Numbered from the stretch's first letter, positions 36,391 through 47,210 are shown. The stretch is DNA of 64,000 nt from an uncultured Gemmatimonadales bacterium (GCA_963701965.1 OY969695.1:320001-384000), one strand, 5' to 3'. The notes: generated by a model from the letters alone, not told the origin. A program made the numbers and translations.

Positions 36391-38073
36391 TTAGAAAAGC
36401 CCCACGATAGAGCCGTCGGAGTGAACCGCCATGCGCTCGGCCGCCGGCTCCTTGGGCAGTCCGGGCATCGTCATGATGTCGCCCGCCTGGGCCACCACAA
36501 ACCCGGCCCCGGCGGCGGGATACACCTCGTTGACCGTGATGCGGAATCCGGTCGGTCGCCCGAACACGGTCGCGTCATCGGTCAACGAGTACTGCGTCTT
36601 CGCCATACACACGGGCGTCTCGCCCAGTCCGATCGACTCCAGATAGTCGATCGACCGCTCCGCCTTCGTCGTGAAGTCGACGCCATCGCCGCCATACACT
36701 TTCTTCACAATGGTATCGACCTTCTGGCGAATCGGAAGATTCACGGCGTAGAGTGGCGCGTACTTCGCCGTCCGCCCGTCGAGGAGCTGCTGCACCGCCC
36801 GGGCCAGCTCTTCGCCCCCGGCCCCGCCTTTTTCCCACACCTCGTTGAGCGCCGCCGTCGCCCCGTGCTTCCGGGCCCGCTCGGCGACGATCTCGAGCTC
36901 GCGATCGGAGTCGGTCGTGAAGCGGTTGACGGCGACGACAACGGGCACGCCGAACTGCTGCACGTTCTCAATGTGTCGATCGAGATTCGGCAACCCGCGC
37001 TCCAACGCGGCCAGGTCTTCGTGCTTGAGATCGTTCTTGTTGGCGCCGCCGTTCAATTTGAGCGCGCGCACGGTCGCCACCAGGACAGCCGCCGCGGGCT
37101 CGAGTCCGCCGATCCGGCACTTGATGTCGAAGAACTTCTCGGCGCCCAGGTCCGACCCGAACCCGGCCTCTGTGATCGTGATATCGGAGAGCGAGAGCGC
37201 GGCGCGCGTCGCCAGGATGCTGTTGCAGCCGTGGGCGATGTTGCCGAACGGCCCCGCGTGCACGAACGCCGGGCCGCCTTCCAACGTCTGCACCAGATTG
37301 GGACGGATCGCGTCCTTGAGGAGGAGCGCCATGGCGCCCGCGGCTTTGAGATCGCCGGCTCGAATCGGCTTGCGGTCCGCGCCGGTGGTGCCACCCACGA
37401 TAATCCGTGAAAGCCGCGCCTCGAGGTCGGTCGTGTCGGTGGCCAAGGCTACGATCGCCATCACTTCGCTGGCCGGAATGATGACCCAGCGCTCCTCGCG
37501 CACGACGCCGTTGGCCACGCCGCCGAGACCAATCACGCAGTCGCGCAGGGCCCGATCGTTCATGTCGATCGTGCGCGGCCAGGTAATGCGCCGGGGATCG
37601 ATCTTGAGCGGGTTGCCCTGGTGCAGGTGATTGTCCAGCATCGCCGACAACAGGGCGTGCGCGCTGGAGATCGCGTGGAAGTCGCCCGTGAAGTGGAGGT
37701 TGATGTCCTCCATCGGAATCACTTGCGAATACCCGCCACCCGCGGCGCCGCCTTTGAGCCCAAACACGGGACCCAGGCTGGGCTCCCGGATGCACAACAC
37801 CGCGTTGGTGCCGAGACGGCGAAAGGCCTGCGTGAGCCCGACCGCGGTCGTCGTCTTCCCCTCGCCCGCGGCCGTCGGATTGATGCCCGTGACCAGTACC
37901 AGCCGGCCGCGCGCGGGGCGCGCGGTCAGCGACAGCGGGATCTTGGCCTTGTACTTCCCGTACAGGTCGAGATCGTCAGCGCCGAGTCCGAGATCGGCGG
38001 CGACGTCGACGATCGGTCGGGGTTTGGCGCGCTGCGCGATCTCAATGTCCGAGGGAACGCTCACCGTTGCCAC
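36391..38073 (-). CDS. fhs: Formate--tetrahydrofolate ligase
   Basis: SDIEIAQ, GEGKTT, INLHFTGDFHAI, HAGPFGNIAHG, IMTMPGLP. Confidence 0.97.
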   Translation of the reverse strand: MATVSVPSDIEIAQRAKPRPIVDVAADLGLGADDLDLYGKYKAKIPLSLTARPARGRLVLVTGINPTAAGEGKTTTAVGLTQAFRRLGTNAVLCIREPSLGPVFGLKGGAAGGGYSQVIPMEDINLHFTGDFHAISSAHALLSAMLDNHLHQGNPLKIDPRRITWPRTIDMNDRALRDCVIGLGGVANGVVREERWVIIPASEVMAIVALATDTTDLEARLSRIIVGGTTGADRKPIRAGDLKAAGAMALLLKDAIRPNLVQTLEGGPAFVHAGPFGNIAHGCNSILATRAALSLSDITITEAGFGSDLGAEKFFDIKCRIGGLEPAAAVLVATVRALKLNGGANKNDLKHEDLAALERGLPNLDRHIENVQQFGVPVVVAVNRFTTDSDRELEIVAERARKHGATAALNEVWEKGGAGGEELARAVQQLLDGRTAKYAPLYAVNLPIRQKVDTIVKKVYGGDGVDFTTKAERSIDYLESIGLGETPVCMAKTQYSLTDDATVFGRPTGFRITVNEVYPAAGAGFVVAQAGDIMTMPGLPKEPAAERMAVHSDGSIVGLF

Positions 38074-38111
38074 GCCTGGGCTCCGTGTCCTGAAAGAGTG
38101 GGCAATGTTAC

Positions 38112-38906
38112 TCAGCCGCCGGGGGCCGTCGCCAGTCCAAACAAAGTACGGGTGTTGGCGATCGAACAGGCGCCGAGGTGCTCGGCCGTGACGCCGCGGA
38201 TCGCGGCGACCCGCTCGAGCGTGTAGCGGACGAATCGGGGCTCGTTGCGGCGGCCGCGCACCGGCACCGGCGCCAGATAGGGCGCGTCCGTCTCCACGAG
38301 CAGCCGGTCATCCGGCACGAGTCGCACCAGCGCGTCGTCGGTCCACCGGGTGAACGTGACGATCCCGCTGAAGGAGATGGACCACCCCGCATCCAATGCC
38401 GTCCGCGCCAGCGCCGCGGAACCCGTGTAGCAGTGCAGCACGCCCCGGACGCCGGCCGCCGCCGCGTCCCGGACGGCCGCGCCGGTATCTTCCTCGGCCT
38501 CTCGCGTATGCACGACCAATGGGCGTCCGAGCGTCCGGGCTAGGCCGATCTGGTCACGAAAGACTTCGCGCTGCGCCTTGGGCGCGGCGTGATCGTAGTG
38601 ATAGTCGAGACCGCACTCGCCAATCGCCACCGCGCCGCACCCCACGAGTTCATCGATCCATGAGAGATCATGGTCGTAGGTGTTGGCCTCCGACGGGTGG
38701 ATCCCCGCGGTGAAGAAGACGTAGCCCGGGTTGGCGTCGGCGAGAGCGCGCGCCGCGCCGGCCGCCGCCCTGGACTCCCCGATGCAAACGATCGCCGCCA
38801 CGCCCGCCTGCCGCGCCGCGGCGATCACCGCCTCGCGATCGCCGTCGAACGCCGCGTCCGCGAGATGAGCGTGACTGTCGATGACCTCAGTGATCGTGTC
38901 GATCAG
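38112..38906 (-). CDS. TatD family hydrolase; extends upstream of the tracked ORF, start uncertain
   Basis: In-frame IDSHAH upstream of 38828, GIHP, IGECGLDY, HTRE, ETDAPYL. Confidence 0.92.
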   Translation of the reverse strand: MIDTITEVIDSHAHLADAAFDGDREAVIAAARQAGVAAIVCIGESRAAAGAARALADANPGYVFFTAGIHPSEANTYDHDLSWIDELVGCGAVAIGECGLDYHYDHAAPKAQREVFRDQIGLARTLGRPLVVHTREAEEDTGAAVRDAAAAGVRGVLHCYTGSAALARTALDAGWSISFSGIVTFTRWTDDALVRLVPDDRLLVETDAPYLAPVPVRGRRNEPRFVRYTLERVAAIRGVTAEHLGACSIANTRTLFGLATAPGG

Positions 38907-39919
38907 CGGGCAGCGGTCTTCGCGGTGCGTCCGGCGGACGCGGGACTCCGCGGCAATGCCGGCTTGGCCCCGCTATCGGCGCCGCCGCCCTTGGCCGTCG
39001 ACATCTCGCGCGGCCACCGCCGTTCGATCCACAGCAGCGTCGGTGCCGCGACGTAGATCGAGCTGAACGTGCCGGTGACGATACCGAACGCCATGACCCA
39101 GGCGAACGGCCGGATGACCTCACCCGCGAAGATGAGCAGGGCCAGCGTCGCGGCCAACGCCGTGGCGTGCGTCATGACCGACCGCGGCAAGGTCTCGTTG
39201 ACGGACCGGTTGAGCGTGTCGTACAGGGGCTCCCGCCGGCGGCGCCGCAGATTCTCGCGGACGCGATCGAAAATGATGATCGTGTCGTTCAACGAGTAGC
39301 CGATGACGGTGAGGATCGCCGCGACGACGGTCAGGGAGACCTCCAGGTTCATCAGCTTGATGAACGCGATGGTGGTCAGGATGTCGTGCGCCGTGGCCGC
39401 GACCGCGGCCACGCCGAACCGCCATTCGAAACGCCAGGCCAAATAGAGAAGCGTCAGGACAAACGAGAACAAGATGGCCTTGATGGCGCCGGTCCGGAGC
39501 TCGCCGCCGACGCGGGGGCCGACGGCCTCGGTGCGCACGACCTGGTAGGCCTTGGGCCCGACCGCGCGGTCGAGCACGTCCCGCACTTGCTTGGCGACGG
39601 AGTCGGCGCCCGCCGCGGTCGCGACGTTCGAGTGCTCAAGGTCCTGGGCCCGCACCGTGAATTCCCGGTTCGAGCCGAACGACTGGATCTCGGCGTTCCG
39701 GACACCGCCTTGATCGAGGGCCGCGCGCAGCTTCGACACATCGGGCGGTGTCGGGAAGCGCAGCTGCATGATCGTGCCGCCGGTGAAGTCAATGCTGTAC
39801 CGGAGGGGCGCGATCAGCAGCGACCCCAGGCCCAGCACGATGAAGGCCACGGTGGCGCCGACCATGATGCGCCACGGCTTGATGAAGTCGTAGGCGGTGT
39901 TGTGAAAGATGCGCAGCAT
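38903..39919 (-). CDS. secF: Protein translocase subunit SecF
   Basis: IDFTGG, VGPRVG, IGYSLNDTIIIFDRVRE. Confidence 0.97.
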   Translation of the reverse strand: MLRIFHNTAYDFIKPWRIMVGATVAFIVLGLGSLLIAPLRYSIDFTGGTIMQLRFPTPPDVSKLRAALDQGGVRNAEIQSFGSNREFTVRAQDLEHSNVATAAGADSVAKQVRDVLDRAVGPKAYQVVRTEAVGPRVGGELRTGAIKAILFSFVLTLLYLAWRFEWRFGVAAVAATAHDILTTIAFIKLMNLEVSLTVVAAILTVIGYSLNDTIIIFDRVRENLRRRRREPLYDTLNRSVNETLPRSVMTHATALAATLALLIFAGEVIRPFAWVMAFGIVTGTFSSIYVAAPTLLWIERRWPREMSTAKGGGADSGAKPALPRSPASAGRTAKTAAR

Positions 39920-41622
39920 CAGATGCTGATCGTTTGGGCGCCGCGGGCGCGTGTGAGCCAGATCATGTAGAACGTGCGCACGACGAAGATGGCCGAGATC
40001 ATCGAGGCCAGAATGCCGGCGATGAGGGTCACCGCGAAGCCGCGCACGGGTCCACTGCCATATTGATAGAGCACGGCCGCCGTCAGCACCGTCGAGACGT
40101 TGGAGTCGACGATGGCGCTCATCGCATGCCGGAATCCTTCGTCAATGGCCGTGCGCACCGTCTTGCCGTGGTCGAGCTCTTCGCGGATGCGTTCGAAGAT
40201 CAGCACGTTGGCGTCGACCGCGATACCGATCGACAACACGAATCCGGCGAGCCCCGGCAGGGTCAGCACGGCGTCGAATCCGGCCAGAGCGGCGAGCGTG
40301 TACAGGAGGTACAAGGTCAGGCCGCCGATCGCCAGCAGCCCGGAGAACCGGTAATAGACGAGCATGATGACGACGACGAGCGCGATGGCGATGACACCGG
40401 CCTGCAAGCCGTCGTGCACGGAGTCGGTGCCCAGGCTGGCGCCAATGGCGCGTTCCTCGACGATCCGAAGCGGGACGGGTAGCGCGCCGGCTCGCAGCAC
40501 GAGCGCCAGGTCCTGCGCGGCTTGGAGATCGCGGCCGCCCATCGTGATCTGGCCGCGCGAGCCGATGGCGCCTTCGATGATCGGGGGGCGTCCCATGACC
40601 AGGGTGTCGAGCACGATGGCCATGTAGTCGCGGACGTGGCGCGCGGTCTCGGTCTGGAACCGGCGGCCGCCCTCGCGGCTCAAGGTGAACTCGACCTTGG
40701 TACCTTCGGTGGGGTCGCTGGCGGGTTTGGCGTCGGTGAGATACTCGCCGGTAATGATCGGTCGCGAGTCGACGACGTAGAGGGCGCGATAGCCCCGCCC
40801 GCCGAGCGACGTCGTGTCGCTCGACCACCGGATCACTTTGCCGGCCGGCAACGCCGCTTGGACGTCGGGCATCGCCAGATACCGGTTGACGACGCCGGCG
40901 TCGGTCTTGGCGACGTAGTACTCGCCGGGCATCTGGCCTTGCTGCACAAGCTTCGAGAACGCCCCGCCCTGGCCGCCGAGGTTGAGGGCCGCGGAGTCGG
41001 TGCCGGCCGAGTCTTTCTTGGCCTTGCCCTTTTTGCCGGTGTCGGACGGCGTGGTGAACAGACCTTGGATCCCCTTGTCGGGGGCCGCGGCCGGCGCGCC
41101 CGGCGTCGCCGCTGCCGGGTTTGCGCCGGCGTTGGTCTTGAGGAGCTGATCGATATGCGGCATCGCCTTCTGCAGCGCCTCGGTCTTGTCGACAATCTGG
41201 AACTGCAGGAACGCCGACTGCGAGACGATGTCGTGGGCGCGCTTGGGGTCGCTCACGCCGGGGAGCTCGACAATGATCCGGTCGTTGCCGGCTTTCTGCA
41301 CGACGGGCTCCGCCACGCCGAACTGGTCAATGCGGGTGCGGACGACCGTGAGGGCGCGATCAATGGCGTCGCTCACATTGGGCACGGTGCCCTGGGTCTG
41401 GTTGACTTCCAGGGCCATATGAATGCCGCCCTGGAGGTCGAGGCCGCGCTTGATGGGAATACGGTACACGGTGTCGGTCACCGTCAGCCCGGTCGCCGAG
41501 TCGACCAGGACCTCCCCGTCCTTCGACAAGCGGCTCTCGGCCACCTTCCGGGGGAACAACACCCAGACGGACGCGGCGATGAGCGCGAGTACGGCGAGGA
41601 TTCGGATCTTCAAATTCGACAT
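39919..41622 (-). CDS. secD: Protein translocase subunit SecD
   Basis: GLDLQGG, RIIVELPG, LRAGALP, AVDANVLIFERIRE; start MSNLKIR at 41622. Confidence 0.97.
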   Translation of the reverse strand: MSNLKIRILAVLALIAASVWVLFPRKVAESRLSKDGEVLVDSATGLTVTDTVYRIPIKRGLDLQGGIHMALEVNQTQGTVPNVSDAIDRALTVVRTRIDQFGVAEPVVQKAGNDRIIVELPGVSDPKRAHDIVSQSAFLQFQIVDKTEALQKAMPHIDQLLKTNAGANPAAATPGAPAAAPDKGIQGLFTTPSDTGKKGKAKKDSAGTDSAALNLGGQGGAFSKLVQQGQMPGEYYVAKTDAGVVNRYLAMPDVQAALPAGKVIRWSSDTTSLGGRGYRALYVVDSRPIITGEYLTDAKPASDPTEGTKVEFTLSREGGRRFQTETARHVRDYMAIVLDTLVMGRPPIIEGAIGSRGQITMGGRDLQAAQDLALVLRAGALPVPLRIVEERAIGASLGTDSVHDGLQAGVIAIALVVVIMLVYYRFSGLLAIGGLTLYLLYTLAALAGFDAVLTLPGLAGFVLSIGIAVDANVLIFERIREELDHGKTVRTAIDEGFRHAMSAIVDSNVSTVLTAAVLYQYGSGPVRGFAVTLIAGILASMISAIFVVRTFYMIWLTRARGAQTISI

Positions 41623-41686
41623 AGCTTTGTAGGTTAGCGCCCCAGCGCGCCGCCTGCCAGTCTGGGCCGCCGGCACCCCGGGTTCG

Positions 41687-42217
41687 CTATCCCGTCGGCC
41701 GGCGACACTCCCGGATGGCTGCACGGAGCGCCTCGGCTACGGCCTCCGCGTGTTCTCGGGTGTCAACATAAAGCGCAAACTGGGGCAGCCGGCGCGTCAG
41801 TTGACGCGCGAAGTCGTGCATGACGACGGGAGCGGAGCCTTTCGTCTCCATCGTCGCGATCTCCCAGAACGGCGGATCGTACTGAAACGCCACCGCCGCG
41901 CCCAGGTTGACCACGACGCTGTCCTGACGGATCATGGTCACGCTGTCGCTCGCCAGGTCGGCCAGCGACACCGAGTCCTGGACGTCGCTGCTGGTATTGC
42001 TCCGCACCCTACCGTGGACGACAAGGGTGCACGAGGCGGCGCGAACATCGACGATCTGTCGCTCTGCACGCGCGATCGGCCTGGTGGTCACGATCGAATA
42101 CTCGAAACTCGAGTATTGGGGCAACACACTGGCGAGCCACGCCAGCGAATCTGGCGCCGGCAAGACGCGCCCTGCCGCGAAAGCCGATGCTACCCAGAGG
42201 GGCCAGAGGATGCTCAT
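41687..42217 (-). CDS. Hypothetical exported protein
   Basis: Hydrophobic N-terminus ending AFA; 4-bp ATGA overlap with the upstream lipoprotein gene. Confidence 0.6.
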   Translation of the reverse strand: MSILWPLWVASAFAAGRVLPAPDSLAWLASVLPQYSSFEYSIVTTRPIARAERQIVDVRAASCTLVVHGRVRSNTSSDVQDSVSLADLASDSVTMIRQDSVVVNLGAAVAFQYDPPFWEIATMETKGSAPVVMHDFARQLTRRLPQFALYVDTREHAEAVAEALRAAIRECRRPTG

Positions 42218-42645
42218 GGTCGCCGCAGCTCCACGCGTCCGTCTGTTGTAACGACGAACTGCGATACATGCATCGAGTTCGATGCGGCCGCACCCACGGT
42301 GTAACAGCCGGGAGCAAGCTGCCGTGGCATCACGCCCATTACCCGCCAGGTGGTATCTGGGACAACGCCGAGCGTAACCACCGTCGGGCGAAAAACTCGA
42401 TCGTATCTCCGTTCAGTGCGGTGTATTGACCAGAGTAACACTTCGGCAGCGCGGTCACATCCGGTTGCAATACTGACGTCCCACAAATTCGGGAGCGCCT
42501 CTGACGGATCTGTCGCTTCCCCAAGTCGTACCTGCACCCTCGACGGAGTCGATGTATCGAGAACCGAGAGCGAAAACAGGTTCTGGCACCCGGTCATCGC
42601 CAGGGTCCACGAGACGGAAGCTACGATCACCAAGGCTGGGCGCAC
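42214..42645 (-). CDS. Lipoprotein, candidate immunity protein of the RHS toxin
   Basis: GTG start 4 nt after the RHS stop; RPALVIVASVSWTLAMTG-C lipobox; paralog at 47486-47939. Confidence 0.75.
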   Translation of the reverse strand: MRPALVIVASVSWTLAMTGCQNLFSLSVLDTSTPSRVQVRLGEATDPSEALPNLWDVSIATGCDRAAEVLLWSIHRTERRYDRVFRPTVVTLGVVPDTTWRVMGVMPRQLAPGCYTVGAAASNSMHVSQFVVTTDGRVELRRP

Positions 42646-42649
42646 CGGT

Positions 42650-45600
42650 CTATGGAACCACGTGGAACGAGATGGTATACGGTACAATACGAGTCGCGGC
42701 CGCGTGCATACTGTTAGACGGATTTTGAGCCGCGGCGACCAAATCGGCTTGTTGCTCGTAGTTGTATGACTGGAACGTCCGCGGCGAAGTCGCGACGGAG
42801 TTAATATCGTAGGGGTCCGACGCAAGGGTTGTCGAGACGCCTGAGAGGGAATTCTGCGCTTGCAGACCCAATTCAGTACCATAGAATCGCGCCTCACCCC
42901 ATTTCGAACCTACCTGTTCGTCCTTCTCCCGCTGTTGTTCGACGTGTGTGAACTCGTGCGTTAGTGTTTCGTCGTTCGTTTGCGTGCCATCTTCCGGGAC
43001 GAACACGATATCGCCCATAGTGACCGCTCGCTTGTTCAAATCGACCAATTTTTGCGTGAGCCAAGCGATGCCAACTCTCCCCGCATCGAGGTCGCGGAAC
43101 GGACTGTTGATCTGCGCCGCGCCCCACGAGAATGGATCAGGATACGCCCCTTCGCCCGTCGGTGTCGCCGGGTCGCTCGCGCCATCTCCTCCACACACCA
43201 AGACGTCGAAGCTGTAGCTCTGGCCGTCTTTAGTCTGAACCGTCACACGGTACTTCGTGCAATCACCTTCGGCATCGATGTTGTTGATCGGGTTGTTGGC
43301 AGCGTACGTATATCCGTTGATGTCACCCGTGATCATCTTCGGGTCGGCGGACATGAACCGACCGAACCTCGGGTTGTAATATCTTGCGCCAAAGTAGTAC
43401 AGCCCCGTCTCACTATCCACCTGTTGGCTGGCGAATCGACGCCAGTCGTTGAGGGCCACGGTCGACGTTTCTATGGAGCCGTACGGGTTGTACACGTACT
43501 TGTTCACGATAGAACCAGTCGAGTTGATCACGCCTACCATGTTGCCCGGCGGCTCCGTCACATAGTAATACATGGTTGTGCCGCCGTACCGGACCCCATG
43601 TAAGTGGGATCCGCTTGGGTACCACACGTACTCTCTTTGCCTCAGACCGATGCTGTCCGTCTCCGCGTACACGTTCTGCCCATCCCAGAAGTAGTCCGTC
43701 TGCGCGCCGGAGAATGTGGTCTTACGTACGCGTCGGCCGCGCCCATCGTATCCAAATGAGACTTTCCCCGAACCGCTAACGATCACACTGTCCAGCCCAC
43801 CGAGCGAGTTCCAGTAGTACAGCCCGAGGGTGGTCCACACCCCAGCCACCTGCCGCATCCACGAGGTCACGTTGCCATCGAGGTCGTACACCAGCGAGTC
43901 TGATGCGAAACGTGTCAATCGATTTCCGGGCTGGACCACGGCGCCAGAGTCGGTCCGATTCCCGGCCAGATCGAAGGCGAAGGTGATTTTGTTGGATGTC
44001 GTCGTGTCGCCCTCTGTGTAGCAGGTTCGGCCGGTCTTGGGATCTACGCGGAATGCCGTGCCTGGCGCGCAGGTGTAGACCAGGCCCGTCGCCACGAAAT
44101 CGTGGTAGGAGACCAAACGACTTGCGAGATCATAGACATATTTCCGCCCGGAGTAACCACTGCTGGTGATGGTCGAGACCGGAATGCGCTCGCTGTGATT
44201 ACTCACCGAGTCGAAGGTGATGTTGATCCCAAACGCCGAGTTCATCGTGGGATCGCTGTAGGTGATCGAGCTTGGGCTGTGTGTGCTGGGGAAGCCCATC
44301 AGAACATTGATCCCCACTCCTGCCGTGTTGGGAATCGTTTCCTGGATCGGCTGAGCGTCCTGGTTATACAGAAACGTCGTCTTGAGCCCCGCCACATCCG
44401 TTAGGGTATCGAGCTCCAGGGCATGTCCGTACCCGTAGTGAACGGTAGACGCCCATGGCGCCACGATCGAGACGCTTTGCCGGAGATTTCGATTGTTGTA
44501 CGAAGCATCGACTTCGAACCGATGACCTCGTCGCCACGAAATCTGTGCTGTCACACGGCCGGCGAGATCGTACTTCACGGTGTCGACGCTCTCACCATTG
44601 CTCCAGACGAGGAAGCGCCCGAGGGGGTCGTTCACGTAGGTGGACATTTGGCCGTCCGCGGTGCGCGACATGCGCTGGTCGAGCACATCGTAGGTTGCCG
44701 TAACACCCCCCCCTCGGCGATTGGTACGCGACAGCTGATTGCCGTCGGGGTCATATGTCATCTCGATCATCCGGCTACCAGGGTCGATGATCGTGTCGAC
44801 CCAACCCAGAGCATTCGGAAAGAACTGCGTGACGTGACCGGCAGCATCCCGCACTGCCGTAGCATAGAGGTGGTTGTATGTGAACGTCGTCGTGTCGTGG
44901 AGCGGCCCAATCTCCGCCGTGAGGCGGTTGATGTTGTCGTAGCGCAAGAGCGTCAGAGCCCCGATCGCATTGACGACGGAGTCTCTGATGCCACATGAGT
45001 TGAAACCGTACGTCGTCGTAGATCCGGATTGCGTAACAGAGGCCTCGTTCTGAAAACCCAATGTCGCGTAGCTATAGCTCGTCACAAAGTGATCCGGATC
45101 CGAAATAGTCAGGATGCGCCCTCGACCGTCATACGTGAACGCCGCCGCGCTGTCTGCCGCTGATCCCGTCCGCGAACTATCCATCTTGCCGGCTGACCAG
45201 TAGAACCACGTGGTGTCGCTGGGACTCGTTGTCCTTTGGACTTGATTGTAGGTCGGCTCGTAGCTTGAAGAGACGGTGGCTCCCGTTTGGTGGTCAGACG
45301 TCGACGTGAGGTTCGGCCCGGTCCATGTGTTGTCGACTTGATCCCCCGCTGGCGTTATAGTCGATGTAATCTGCGACGCGGCGTTGCGGTGATAAATGGT
45401 GTTTCGGCCCAGCGGCGCGAAGACCTCCAACGATGCCCCGAACCGATCGAGCAGGTACAATGTCGTGTTGCCGCGGGGGTTCGTCGCCATCGCTTTCACC
45501 GTGGTCGGGTCGACGCGAGCAGCGGGACTCGCTGTCGTGCCATGGCCGGATGCCGGGTCGACGAGCTCGTTTGCCTCCAGCGAATGGAATGCATTGACGG

Positions 45601-47155
45601 GCCGCATGAGGACACCGTTCGCCGTCACCGACGGAAGCGTGTCAGTGGCCAAGTGGCCGGCAAAATCATAGGACCATGACCATGTGTTGCCTCCACGGTC
45701 GATGTTGCGAACCATGCGGTGGTTTGCATCGTAGGTGGCATTCAAGAAAAGGCCCAAAGTGAAGTTGAGCTCTGGATCCTCGACCTGCGCCAGATCATTG
45801 GACGCGGGAACGACACTGAACCAGCTGGAACGTCCGCATGGATCACCGATTCTTCGAATAGCACCTGCCTTCCAGCCGTCGGTCCCGTCGCCATAGAAGA
45901 ACCCCGTCACCAAGCCAACGGGATCAGTAATGGTGAGGAGCCGGCTGCTCGCGTCGTACGCGTATTTCGTCGCATTGCCGAAACGATCGGCATTCCGAAT
46001 CAGTCGACCATCGCTCCGGTAGCCCAGCGTGGTGCCATCGGGAAACCGCCGATCGTATTTGATACTGTCGGACCCAATCGTCGTCCGCGAGGTGACGACG
46101 GTGAAGTCGCCCGCCGGCGATACATAGGTACAGCCAGAGGCGCAGCCGATCACGAGGCTTTGAAAAAAGGCGAGGGAGCCCTGACCGTCGCTGATGACGA
46201 GTGAGCCATCGGATTGGGCATACACGCGTCCAACGTCCGCGACCGTCCATCCCGAACCAAAGACACTCCCGCGTTCGTTCTCGAGCAGCACCCGCACAGT
46301 GGCCGAATCCTGCACGGTCGTGCCACCGGGGAACGTCTTGATCACGTTCAATAGATAGTAATACGCTCCGGTCGCCGTGTCCGGAGCCGGCGGAACAAAC
46401 TGTCCGGCCACCCGGGTGGCGCTGTTGACGACTCCATCCGCGAATACGATGGATGAGCTGCCGTTTGTAAACGTCACGAACGCACCGTTGGAACGCTTGA
46501 CCTGCAGCGTCACAGTCGTTGGGGGCGTGGCAGAACTATCGCTCTCATCTGCGACCACGGTGACGAGGGGATTAGCGCGGTTCGATCGATACGCGAGGGT
46601 TGTCGATCGTGGGATGTCGAGCGACGTGTAGGCGGGCGTCGTGTACTTCGCGATCTCATCAAAGCAGTTGGCCACACAGAGCCGCACATCCCTACTGTCG
46701 CCGTTCGTGGCCGCGGTATTGAGATGCGGATTGCCGGGGGTGTAAGTCCACGTCGCGCTCGCACCTCCGACGACCGGGTTGAGGGAGATGAGCGCATGGG
46801 TAATCTCGGACAGCGTGTTCGCACCGGGCAGCAGCGCGATGGTCGCCGTGATGGCACGCGGGGTCGTGCAACCGGTCCCCGTAGTCGCCGTGAAGGCACT
46901 CGACACATTGTAACCGTCATACGTGACGGTGTCGGTCCCACCAGGCGCCCCACAGATCGTGATAGTGACGACCAATTTATTCACGTGGACCGTACCGGAT
47001 GCCGGACTGATGGTCACCGTTGGTTGTGGAACCGGACATCCCGGGTCGCCTGGAGTACAAATGTTGGGTTGAAAGACCTGACCCAATAGCCGTCCGAGCG
47101 GCATCAAGAGACCGCACGTGGTCAGCACACCGGCCAAGCACCGCGCAAGCAACAT
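42650..47155 (-). CDS. RHS/YD-repeat protein with N-terminal signal peptide and C-terminal HEXXH metallopeptidase-like domain (ORF open to 47209)
   Basis: YD repeats; core end TGLYYFGARYYNPRFGRFMSADP...YTYAANNPINNIDAEG; tip AVTMGDIVF...LTHEFTHVEQQ...EQQA. Confidence 0.92.
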   Translation of the reverse strand: MLLARCLAGVLTTCGLLMPLGRLLGQVFQPNICTPGDPGCPVPQPTVTISPASGTVHVNKLVVTITICGAPGGTDTVTYDGYNVSSAFTATTGTGCTTPRAITATIALLPGANTLSEITHALISLNPVVGGASATWTYTPGNPHLNTAATNGDSRDVRLCVANCFDEIAKYTTPAYTSLDIPRSTTLAYRSNRANPLVTVVADESDSSATPPTTVTLQVKRSNGAFVTFTNGSSSIVFADGVVNSATRVAGQFVPPAPDTATGAYYYLLNVIKTFPGGTTVQDSATVRVLLENERGSVFGSGWTVADVGRVYAQSDGSLVISDGQGSLAFFQSLVIGCASGCTYVSPAGDFTVVTSRTTIGSDSIKYDRRFPDGTTLGYRSDGRLIRNADRFGNATKYAYDASSRLLTITDPVGLVTGFFYGDGTDGWKAGAIRRIGDPCGRSSWFSVVPASNDLAQVEDPELNFTLGLFLNATYDANHRMVRNIDRGGNTWSWSYDFAGHLATDTLPSVTANGVLMRPVNAFHSLEANELVDPASGHGTTASPAARVDPTTVKAMATNPRGNTTLYLLDRFGASLEVFAPLGRNTIYHRNAASQITSTITPAGDQVDNTWTGPNLTSTSDHQTGATVSSSYEPTYNQVQRTTSPSDTTWFYWSAGKMDSSRTGSAADSAAAFTYDGRGRILTISDPDHFVTSYSYATLGFQNEASVTQSGSTTTYGFNSCGIRDSVVNAIGALTLLRYDNINRLTAEIGPLHDTTTFTYNHLYATAVRDAAGHVTQFFPNALGWVDTIIDPGSRMIEMTYDPDGNQLSRTNRRGGGVTATYDVLDQRMSRTADGQMSTYVNDPLGRFLVWSNGESVDTVKYDLAGRVTAQISWRRGHRFEVDASYNNRNLRQSVSIVAPWASTVHYGYGHALELDTLTDVAGLKTTFLYNQDAQPIQETIPNTAGVGINVLMGFPSTHSPSSITYSDPTMNSAFGINITFDSVSNHSERIPVSTITSSGYSGRKYVYDLASRLVSYHDFVATGLVYTCAPGTAFRVDPKTGRTCYTEGDTTTSNKITFAFDLAGNRTDSGAVVQPGNRLTRFASDSLVYDLDGNVTSWMRQVAGVWTTLGLYYWNSLGGLDSVIVSGSGKVSFGYDGRGRRVRKTTFSGAQTDYFWDGQNVYAETDSIGLRQREYVWYPSGSHLHGVRYGGTTMYYYVTEPPGNMVGVINSTGSIVNKYVYNPYGSIETSTVALNDWRRFASQQVDSETGLYYFGARYYNPRFGRFMSADPKMITGDINGYTYAANNPINNIDAEGDCTKYRVTVQTKDGQSYSFDVLVCGGDGASDPATPTGEGAYPDPFSWGAAQINSPFRDLDAGRVGIAWLTQKLVDLNKRAVTMGDIVFVPEDGTQTNDETLTHEFTHVEQQREKDEQVGSKWGEARFYGTELGLQAQNSLSGVSTTLASDPYDINSVATSPRTFQSYNYEQQADLVAAAQNPSNSMHAAATRIVPYTISFHVVP

Positions 47156-47210
47156 GGAGAGGCTCCGGAAGTCGAACCGCTCAATGTCGCTCGTGCGATT
47201 GACGCGCACA

